A stretch of 64,000 bases of DNA from Octopus vulgaris. Its lineage: Eukaryota. Both the position numbers and the translations under genes were made by a program. The DNA lies in contig OX597816.1 in the NCBI GenBank assembly GCA_951406725.2, positions 139,438,001 through 139,502,000 on the forward strand. The letters run 5' to 3'. Below, one piece after another: positions 53,745-64,000 of this stretch. The stretch's first letter is position 1. Every line of letters starts with the position of its first letter. The notes under the pieces are model-generated. The model searched no databases, was not told the origin of the DNA, and saw only the letters and a list, made by a program, of their open reading frames with translations.

Positions 53745-53959
53745 GATTTCAAATTTTGACAAAGGCCAGCAATTTCGGAGGCGGGGATAAGTCAATTACA
53801 CCGACCCCAGTATTTCACTGGTACTTATTTTATCTCCCCCGAAAGAATGAAAGGAAAATTCAAAACTCAGCAGAATTTGAACTCAGAACGTAATGACGGA
53901 CGAAATGTCGCTGAGCATTTTATCCGACGTGCTAAAGATTCTGCCAGTTCACCGCCTTA

Positions 53960-54007
<48 letters not shown>

Positions 54008-54232
54008 GTAATAATAATTTCAAATTTTGGCACAAGGTCAACAATTTCAAGTGAGAGGGTAAATCGATAACATTGGCTCCAGTGTTCAACTGGTACTTAT
54101 TCGATTGATCACCGAAATGATGAAAGGCAAGGTCGGCTCTGGTGGAATTTAAACTCAAAACTAAAAAAATGGCCAAAATGCCACCAAGCACTTTGTCCCG
54201 TTTGCTAACGATTTCGCCGGGTCGCCGCCTTA
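53745..54232 (-). mobile_element. Two SINE family B copies separated by (AAT)n
   Basis: Copies at 53745-53957 and 54015-54232. Confidence 0.85.
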
Positions 54233-55004
54233 ATAATGATATTAATAATAACATCAGTAACAATAAAATCGCAATATTAGTAATATTGACCCCCTGAACT
54301 TTATTTTATCATGTACCTGACACTCCACCGGTGCTATGGTGTAGAGAAAGATAAGCCACCCACCGGTAAACCGGTGTTACGGGCTCAAAGGGTTAATAAT
54401 GGAATAAAAATAATAAATACAAATTATATAATAGATCCCTTCCAACCCAGATTCTGCCAATTTCGTTCATTTATGTCTTAGACATTGTTCTTTAGCTTAT
54501 TAAAGATTATTATCTTTTCTAGAAACATATTCTCTTAGACAGATAATATTATACTTCTTAGAAATTTCCGAACAGGTGAAACTACATAGTCAGTATATTA
54601 TGGTGCACATACACTGCCATCATGAAGGTCAGTGGAGACATAACAACCTAACTTTAAGACTAAAGTGGGGAACAGTCTAAGATTTTTCACAACACCAACA
54701 TATGGAAGCCACCCAACAAAATCCACCAAAGTTACTACTAATACAAAATCTCTGATGATAATTTCTCGTGGTCATCACACAACTGTAACATACAAAATTC
54801 ATGACAAGGTTACCCGACTTTCTTTCTTAGATTGCTAAATATTCCAAACCTGATCTGTTGATGTTTTTTTTTTCTTTTGCAAAGCCATGCACTTTGGAGT
54901 ACGGTGAACAGATGCTGTTAAAATATATATATAAAAAAAAAACAAAAACGAAAAACGAAAAAGGTCGTCCGACTTAGCATAATACTTTCTACCATAGACA
55001 CAAA

Positions 55005-55182
55005 ACGTGAAATTTTGGCGGAGGGGGCAAGTCGATTACATCGACCCCAGTAATCAACTGGTACTTAATTGAACGAACCCGAAAAAAAAAAAGTCAAAGT
55101 CGGAGGAATTTAAACTAAGTCGAACGAAATGCATCTAAGCATTTTCTTCGACGCGCGAACGATTCTACACTAGCTCGCACCT
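55005..55182 (-). mobile_element. SINE family B
   Basis: AAGTCGATTACATCGACCCCAGT...CTGGTACTTAATT core. Confidence 0.75.
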
Positions 55183-56306
55183 AACATGACACCGCACAAT
55201 GAAATAGGGATCTGATGAATAAGCAAAAAGTCACTCAATTTTCCCTCTTTCTTTTTTTTTTTTTTGCTTTCGAAGGGCTTTTTGGTTAATTAATCAAGAT
55301 ACACTCACGAAAGTAATCTCACCATTAACCAGTTATCACACTCATTCTTTACAGCTGACACAGAGTTTTCTGGTTGTTTTGAAATACATCGCAAACCAAA
55401 TCGATTCATACATTTCTGCTATCCATCGAAACTCCAAATTACGAACTGTTCCTACAAGCCATGAGCGCTGTTTTTCATCTTCGATTAAATAATTATAATT
55501 TCCAAATAGATTTTCTGCGTAACCATTAATCTCTTAGATTCATTTACATTCCAGCACCTTAACAACTGCTAAGATAACAAATTCTATGATAACTCTAAAG
55601 CATGAACCTCCAAATATCTTACTGACAGCTTACGTATGCAGACATGCATGTGCGTGTGTGTGCGTGCGTGTGTGTGAGTGTGTGTGTGCGCGCGCGCCTG
55701 AGTGTTCGAATTTAAAATTTCATTTTCATTCTTCGAATATCATATAAGTGAAAATAAAAAGAAAAAGAGAAAAAAATGCATGTGCGCGTATAAAAATACG
55801 TATGTGAGTGTACGAGTGTATGTGTCAGTGCGTGTATGTGTGTTTGTGTGTGCATATATCTAAAACTATGTCATTTGATGATTTTTTTTTTCTCTTTACA
55901 GCACTATGTGAACATATATTTTATATCTGTCTATATAATCTGTCCGAGTTTTATTTCCTACATTCACATAATTGTAGTGAAGACTTGTCAAATACTACAA
56001 ACCACTGTCAAATGCTTGGATCAAAGAATACAACAAAAAAAACCCCACATAACAAAGAAAAGAAAAATGAGCTTTCGGTACCATATTGCCGTAAGAAATG
56101 GTCTTGGTAATAAGCTTTTGGGTTCAGCATTTCAAAGAATATTGATTGACGTTAGAGTGGCAGTCGAAACAAATTCCACGCGGAATCCAACCTCGGCGTT
56201 TGGTTTCTATGTTCTGGTATTCTAAGATTTTAGCTACCTTTTTCCAAACATTCATATATATATTCTGACTCTCTCCTTACGCTCTTTCTGTCTCTAAGTC
56301 AAAATG

Positions 56307-56394
<88 letters not shown>

Positions 56395-56589
56395 CCTTGC
56401 AATTAATCTATCTGTTTTTCTCTTTCTCTCTTTCTCTCTCTCTATATATATATACATTTATATATTCATAGATATATAGGCATATATACATTCACACACG
56501 AATGTATATATGCATGTATGCATACATAAAGTCTCATACACATATAAGTGTGTGTGTGTGTGTATGAATATTTACACACACACACACAC

Positions 56590-56644
<55 letters not shown>

Positions 56645-56704
56645 CATACATACATATATATACACAGATAGACATTTACACATAAATTCATGCATGCACA
56701 CATA

Positions 56705-56915
56705 TTTTATCTTTTACTTGTTTCAGTCATTAGACTGCGGCCATGATGGGGCACCGCCTTAAAGAATTCTAATCGAACTAATTGATCTCCTTACTTTCTT
56801 TCGTTAAGCTGGGTACTTAGTCAATCGGATTCTTTAACCGAACCACTAAGTTACTGGAGGGGGGGGCTAAAAGACGAACATAGGTTGTCAAACAGTGGTG
56901 TGGGACAAGCACAAA
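56705..56915 (-). mobile_element. SINE family A 3' part
   Basis: TTTTACTTGTTTCAGTCATTAGACTGCGGCCATG. Confidence 0.8.
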
Positions 56916-57600
56916 GATGTGCGTGCACGCGCGCGCGCACACTTACACACACGCACACAATAAATTTATATATTGAGCGAGAAGGTAAAAGTATGACTAA
57001 TATATAAAGATAGATAGAGAGATAGATTTGATACTGTGAGAGATACAGAGAAAAGTGTGTACATCTGTGCGCATGCGTGTTGGTATGTATATATAAAAGA
57101 CAAATAAATAATTTGCGAAAGACAGACAGTCAGTCAGCCAGACAGACAGACAGACAGACAGACGGATCGATCCCTCTTATATGTCATCCAAACAACATAT
57201 TGAACATTGAGCTCTTGAAAAACACGACCAAATATGATCTCTGTCCATTTCATTACATATTGTTTGTCTGACAATCTAGTGACATATAAATGTTATTAAA
57301 CATATGACGTCTCCTGATCTATAGACAAACAGAAACGGAGAAAGGGAAAATAAACGATGATGTGAGCGCTGGAGAAAAAAACTGTGTCCGCCATGTTAAT
57401 ATGTTCAGTCCAATAGAACACTTCCATCTGTCATCAATTGTTTAACTGTCTCTGTTTGTTTGTTTACTTGGTGTTAGACTTTTCTTTTTGTTTACTTGTG
57501 TTTGTTGTTTCTTTTTATTTCGTCAAAATTGTTACTGCTTGTTTGTATTTATTTCTTTAATATATTGTTTTTTACGTGTTCTTTTTTTTTTCTTTCTTAG

Positions 57601-57689
57601 TGATGTCGATATTGTGTGACAGGAATGTGTTACTCGTTCCCAGGCAGATGTGAACTGTTTTCCAGTGGTACATTACTCAGATGTTTGTG
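57601..57689 (+). other. Candidate non-coding or UTR exon, 89 bp
   Basis: T-rich tract over 100 bp ending TTTCTTTCTTAG; donor GTG|GTAAGT; stops in all three frames. Confidence 0.45.
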
Positions 57690-57899
57690 GTAAGTACTAT
57701 ACTGGAAACGAGTCGAAGATTTTAGTGCCTACCTCAACGGCATGCGTGGCACTCAATAGAGGACGTGAAGTGCAGCGGAAGGCTGATAACAGCAGCTGAG
57801 ATGTGGGTTGGTAGTAATTGGTAGTGGAGGGGCGAATCGCCTCGACTGAATTGTCAAACATTCGAACTTTATGTGTGTATACGAAAGCGAGAAAATGCA

Positions 57900-57930
<31 letters not shown>

Positions 57931-57931
57931 G

Positions 57932-58013
<82 letters not shown>

Positions 58014-58139
58014 TGGTTGTGTGCGTATGTGTGTGTGTGTGCCAGATTTGTTCGCCGATATCTTAGCCGAGGTCGCAGAACGGGATATTTCTCAATTGTT
58101 TGAGACAGATGGTAGTTACGCAGCCGAAAAAGAACACAG

Positions 58140-58925
58140 GAACATTATTGATAATCTCTAAGTCCCTAAATCTGTTGAATGCAATGCAATACGTTTTGTA
58201 TCAAGGCACTAGCAAAGAGATTAGTTCTCATCCGCTGTGTGGTCGGGAAGGTCAAGGTCAGTGAAATTCTGGACAAATCTGCGAACCACAACCTCTGTTT
58301 CATTCAATATAGTGTAGACAGAGAGGGTAACAAACTTAACTTCGAGGGTGAAGTAACCAATTTACATCAAATGAAAGCTTTCCATGGAGATGACCATCCC
58401 TACTCAGCGATTGGTATTTGATCGGTGGTCAAACTAAATCTCCACCTATCGAAACCGCTGCAAGTTACACATATGATATGATCCGTCATGGGTTTTCTCT
58501 CTCATCCTTTCTGTATGTAATCTTTCTTGAGCTACTCCTGCAGAAATTGGAGACTTTGAGATGCATCCCGTTTAAACTAGTAAGCGAGAGGGCCCCATTC
58601 CGGTATATGCTGATGATGTCGTGGCAATGATATTGTACACGACAGATATCGATGGATTTGGGGTATTGTGCTAAAGGGAAGCGAGGCCTTAAGAAGAGCA
58701 AAAGTTAACTCGGACGAGTCAGTGAGTTTTCAGCTCGCTACCCAGAAAACCATGTTCATGTTACCGACTAGGGATATTCAATGCTGGACCGATTGACTTG
58801 TTAAGCTGCTTACGAGCAAGATAGTAATGACATCCAGAAATCGTTTGAGTGAAAGATAACCCTCAATGGTCGAGCAAATTGAGAAGGCGCATATATCATT
58901 CCACCTAATCGAGTTGTCGATGTTA
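58140..58925 (+). pseudogene. Old L1/Tx1-like reverse transcriptase fragment
   Basis: Degenerate LHQMKAFH..DH (KAFD motif), RHGFSLSSFLY (RQG.PLSP motif) and YADDV. Confidence 0.75.
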
Positions 58926-59058
58926 TTTCATCATCATCATCATCATCATCATCATCTTCTTCTTCTTCTTCTTCTTCTTCTTCTTCTTCTTCTTCTTCTT
59001 CTTCTTCTTCTTCTTCTTCTTCTTCTTCTTCTTCTTCTTTTTCTTCTTCTTCTTCTTC
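58926..59058. repeat. (CAT)n(CTT)n repeat
   Basis: Directly visible. Confidence 0.97.
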
Positions 59059-60106
59059 GTTATTTTTATTATTATTGGTGTTACTCTGTAAACATCGAAC
59101 TGTCAAAGAAAGTAAAGAGAAAGCAAACAATAACAACAACAACAAAAATAAGATATATATTTTGTTATGAAAATAGAAAGTACATTAATACAACACAATT
59201 TACACAGACTAAGAACCGTTCGCTCCTACTTATGTACATATGTATATATATAAATACGAACACACATCATACATACGTATATACATACATTTAAATTATA
59301 TAATATACAAATATATAAATACATATATATGCATATATGTGCGTGTGTATGCGTGAGTATATATATGTGTGTGTGTGTGTGTGCGCGCGCGTCTATATAT
59401 ATTTACATATACACAAAAGCCATCCACACTAACTCCCTACATATGTATGTGTGCGTATGTGTCTGTGAGAAAGGAAGACAGAAAGAGATCGACAACAAGG
59501 GAGTGAAAGAAAGAGATAATGTAAGAGAGTATGTGAATGTATGTATGAGAGTATGTATCTCACCCCGCCACTCACCACGAACAACGAAAGATGACAGGCA
59601 GGGACAAAAGCTGCTGTCGTTTGGATACAGAAGTAAAAAATTATAAGTAAATGATACGAGAGTCAAGAAATGTTTTATGGTTTTGAAAACAGTTTATGGC
59701 TGATATAAGAGAAGTAGGCAAATTCCTTAGCCAACAGTTTGACTTCAGCAATAAGCAATCAAACTTCAAGTGTTTCTAAGAAAGCACAGCACAATCTGAC
59801 GTGTACAGTTTAGTGTCATGAGCGCTGCTATTTTCTCTCTCTCTCTCTGTCATTATAAACTTCTATCTGCATAGAACCTACTTAGCTATGAAAGAAAGAG
59901 AAATCTTGAAGTTTGGTGAGCAATGAGATAAAGTAGATGCTAAAGTTTGGGGGCGTGCAGCAATGCTGTCGGTAGTCTCTTGTTTATCTCACGGCACATA
60001 CTAGCATATAGAAGGTTTTGTTTTGTTTGCTCGTTCTTTTTCTTCAAAAGTGGTCCGATGATTCATTCAACAATAATGATCGCTATCGTACTAAAACTCT
60101 GTGGCT

Positions 60107-60184
60107 ATAGGTGCAGGCGTGGCTGTGTGATAAGAAGTTAACTTCCTAACCACATGGTACCAGGTTCAGTCCTACTGCATGGCA
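60107..60184 (+). mobile_element. SINE family A head
   Basis: GCAGGCGTGGCTGTGTGATAAGAAG...GGTTCAGTCCTACTGC. Confidence 0.75.
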
Positions 60185-60489
60185 AAACCCCACGAGCAGT
60201 GGAACTGTTTGTTCCCTACCCACTCGGCTCCCACTGAAGAGCAAACTCTTCCCAAACTTTCTGCCTTGCAAAAAAGAACAAATTCCTCTTTCGATCAGAT
60301 TTATCCATCTCAGAACGATTCCTTAAGGAATAACTTGGAGAAGGAAGATCAGATCGAAAGATGGCAAATAGTTTCTGAAGGGGCAAAGGGAAAAAGGAAG
60401 AGGGTATAGAGCCACTTCCGAAAACTCCACAAAAACAACTACAAACACAAAATCCTCATCTTCAACTCATTACAAAATCACTCTAACAA

Positions 60490-61870
60490 TAGCATAGTGT
60501 CGGACACCAAAGTGGAGATGGTCGGCACTATTTTGAAGCAATACGAGTTGGTTGCAAGGGGCAAAATCGACGCGAAATCAGTGGGCTTGTGGCTGGGCTC
60601 TTGGGGAGGAAGGTTGATGCCGCCGGACGGTGTCATTGGACGCTGGACTGACGAAACAGCTAACAGCTTCGGTCTAGTTGAGTCAGTTCGGGTGGATAAG
60701 AATTGGGATGAGGTGACAAACAGAGTGGCCAGTCTTTGCTCAGAAATGGGCAGAAAATGTCCTTAAAAGATCGGGTCGAGGTAGTGAATGCTTACATCGC
60801 CTCTGTCATCTTTTATCGTCTGAACATCGTGTCCTGTTCCTGTTACTGCTTGATCAAGTTGGAGCGTTTCTTACTTATTTTCTTGTGGAAAGGACGCGTT
60901 CCAATGGTCAGGGGTTCAGTCTGCTGCCAGCAAACTATGCGTGGCGGCTTACGCATGCTCTGGCTCCTGATGCGCAGGCACGCGCTCAGGTTGCACCATC
61001 TGCAACGATTTCTGAGAGGTGAACGTGTGTGCGTTCCGTTTGTGAAGCACATCTTTCTACAGCTCTCTCTCCTTGCAGTTCTGGGCGGAGGAAAGACCGA
61101 GACTGGACGCTGGGTACCTAAAATGTCGTCAGGCGCTCACACTCTTTTACGAGTTGAGCAATTGCATCGGTGGTTGACGCACTTTTATAATATTGAGAGA
61201 ATTAGTGGCGGGTAAGTACGAGAACCTGGGTGTCGATGAAAACGAACTGGATAGTGTGTTTCGGAGGACTTTTCCGTTTGACAATTTCCAGATACCCTTG
61301 GCCTTGGCCTGGCAATTGTTGTCGGGGTGGGGTGGGGGCGCTACTGGTGTGCAATAAATTTTACGGGTGTGGATGTGCTATCAGACATGTTTCTACGAGG
61401 TACCTGCGGAACAACGAAACCGTTCTGCACGCATTCGTTCAGTGTCCGAGCTTTGCTGACTTGTGGGGGTTATGTCGAACAGATGCTGTCGCGTGTGGGA
61501 CATAAGACTACTCTACCATCTTCTTTTAATCGAACAGGTAAGGCAGTTTGCCTTTGCTAGGTGGCTGTGGTGAAAGGTTGTCTGGTGGACGAGGCTGAAA
61601 GGCATGAGGACAGAGACATTCCTCTTTGGTAGAGCCCTCATTGACTTTTCCAAGTTTCACTTGAAAAGGAAAGTGATGGTGGAGTGGGAAAGGCTATCTT
61701 CGAGTTAATTTAATGAAAGGTGTGTAAAAGTCGCGAAAGTGGCAAGAGTAGGTGATACCGCTCTTAGTATAGATCTGTGAATCAGGGAAGAGAAATCGGA
61801 GAGGTTTAAGGAGATCCTGGATTGTGGGGTTTCTCGATTATCCCTAGAGGTCCTCCTGTAATAGGACCAC
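60490..61870 (+). pseudogene. L1/Tx1-like LINE ORF2 3' half, decayed
   Basis: KNWDEVTNRV, MSLKDRVEVVNAYIAS, FLWKGRVP..RGGL, ETVLHAFVQCP and FHLKRK, with many frameshifts. Confidence 0.85.
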
Positions 61871-61904
61871 ATCATTATCATCCTTTTTCCCTTTCTTTTT
61901 TCCC

Positions 61905-63069
61905 TTTACACACCTTTCATTAAATTAACTCGAAGATACCACTTCCCTCTCCACCATCACTTTCCTTTTCAAGTGAAACTTGGAAAAGTCAATGAGGGCT
62001 CTACCAAAGAGGAATGTCTCTGTCCTCATGCCTTTCAGCCTCGTCCACCAGACAACCTTTCACCACAGCCACCTAGCAAAGGCAAACTGTCTTACCTGCC
62101 CGATTAAAGGAAGATGGTGGGGTAGTCATCACTATGGACCCGGCTGATAGGCGTAACCATCCCACACGCGACAGCATCTGTTCGACATACCCCCCACAAG
62201 TCAGCAAAGCCCGGACACTGAACGAATGCGTGCAGAACGGTTTCGTTGTTCCGCAGGTACCTCGTAGAAACATGTCTGATAGCACATCCACACCCGTAAA
62301 ATTTATCGCACACCAGTAGCGCCTCCACCCCACCCCGACAGCAATTGCCAGGCCAAGGCCAAGGGCATCTGGAAATTGTCAAACGGAAAAGTCCTCCGAA
62401 ACACACTATCCAGTTCGTTTTCATCGACACCCAGATTCTCGTACTTACCCGCCACTAATTTTCTCTATATTATAAAAGTGTGTCAACCACCGATGCAATT
62501 GCTCAACTCGTAAAAGAGTGTGAGCGCCTGACGACATTTTAGGTACCCGGCGTCCAGTCTCGGTCTTTCCTCCGCCCAGAACTGCAGCTTCCTCAAGGAG
62601 AGAGAACTGTAGAAAGATGTGCTTCACAAACGGAACGCACACACGTTCACCTCTCAGAAATCGTTGCAGATGGTGCAACCTGAGCGCGTGGCTGCGCATC
62701 AGGAGCCAGAGCATGCGTAAGCCGCTACGCATAGTTTGCTGGCAGCAGACTGAACCCCTGACCATTGAAACTAGGACAGGACACGATGTTCAGACAATAA
62801 ACGATGTAAGCATTCACTACCTCACTACCGATCTTTTAAGGACAGCTTATTTTCTACCCATTTCTGAGCAAAGACTGGCCACCCTGTTTGTCACCTCATC
62901 CCAATTCTTATCCACCCGAACTGACTCAACTAGACCGAAGCGGTTAGCTGCTTCGTCAGTCCAGCGGCATCAACCTTCCTCTCCAAGAGCCCAGCCACAA
63001 GCCCACTGACTTCGCGTCGATTTTGGCCCTTGCAACCAACTCGTATTGCTTTAAAGTAGTGCCGACCAT
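61905..63069 (-). pseudogene. Inverted duplicate of 60518-61728
   Basis: Near-identical broken ORFs on the opposite strand (MSMKTNWIV..., MGW.RYWCAIN...). Confidence 0.92.
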
Positions 63070-63606
63070 GTATACTTCCAGACTTTGTTTTATTGTACAC
63101 CGTGGTTGAGTCCATAAAATAGGATTTGACTACACCTCCATTTAGAGCACAGTTTAAGTTATCTTTTCGTGGAAGAAGGTTTATGTTCCTATAACATTCG
63201 TTAAATCTGTAACCCTTTAAAATGGAAGATAAGAAAGCTCATTTTCAGCACTTGATGCTTTGGGAACCAGACAAAAATTGCTGCAGCTCGGCTGGGATGT
63301 GTAACCCCACCCTCTATATTCACCAGATATTGCTCTTTCGGATTTCCACTTATTCAAGTCTCCGCAGAATAGTCTTAATGGTAAACATTTCAATTCCTCA
63401 GATGACATAAAAATATACCTTGATTAATTCTTTGCCATGAAACCACCTCAATTCTGGGAAGAGAATGTTTTCAAGTTAAAGGAAAGATAGAGACGCATTG
63501 TGCAACAAAATGGTTCATATTTGGTTGATTAAAAATGTATTGGCAAGTATTTATTGACCTTTTTCTTTCCTTTAAAAATCGGCATGAACTTTCCGGACAA
63601 CCCAAT
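63070..63606 (+). mobile_element. Internally deleted mariner
   Basis: MEDKKAHFQHLMLWE N-terminus joined to HPLYSPDIALSDFHLF and RRIVQQNGSYLVD*; right TIR-like ATGAACTTTCCGGACAACCCAA|TA. Confidence 0.85.
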
Positions 63607-63725
63607 ATTTTTTTTTTAATCATTTCAGTATGTGTAAACCCCAACAGTTTATGTTTTTCTTTGTATTGTTCCCCTCATCCTTCGCCCTGGGAACAAATAA
63701 AGAAATGATTATTGTTATTATTATT

Positions 63726-64000
63726 AAGGTGGCGAAAAGCTGTGAGCTGGTAGAATCGTTAGCACACTGGGTAAATGGCTTAGTGGCATTTTGTCCGACT
63801 TCAAATTTTGAGTTCAAATTCCGCCGAGGCCGAATTTGCCTTTCATCCATTAGGAGTCGAGAAAATAAGTACCAGTTAGCCACTGGTGTCGATGTAATTG
63901 ACTTATCCCCTCCTTTGAACTTGCTAGCCTTGTGTATAAAATTGAAACCATTATCATTATTTAGGTGGCGAGCGGGAAGAATCATTAGCACGCGGGACAA
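63726..64000 (+). mobile_element. SINE family B plus start of a second copy
   Basis: Head and core at 63726-63950; new head at 63963. Confidence 0.85.

Overview
AT-rich eukaryotic DNA with very dense microsatellites and no intact protein-coding gene; nearly all track ORFs are translations of simple repeats. The repeat repertoire looks like an Octopus (coleoid cephalopod) genome, an inference from recognising the tRNA-derived SINE families, the RTE and L1/Tx1 LINE remnants and the microsatellite load. The window holds many SINE copies, three non-autonomous Helitrons, two mariner remnants, several foldback MITEs (one with telomere-like repeats), and local duplications that reveal pre-insertion sites. 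Most notable: (1) five hammerhead-ribozyme-like motifs of four sequence types in Penelope-like terminal remnants; (2) a 5'-inverted RTE insertion whose LRLFGHVAR-coding segment has expanded into a 9 x 46-bp satellite; (3) a ~2.5-kb foldback of a decayed L1/Tx1 LINE; (4) a pre-miRNA-like hairpin; (5) a few isolated splice-flanked candidate exons. All calls were made by eye, so boundaries of degraded repeats are approximate and the SINE family letters are my own labels.
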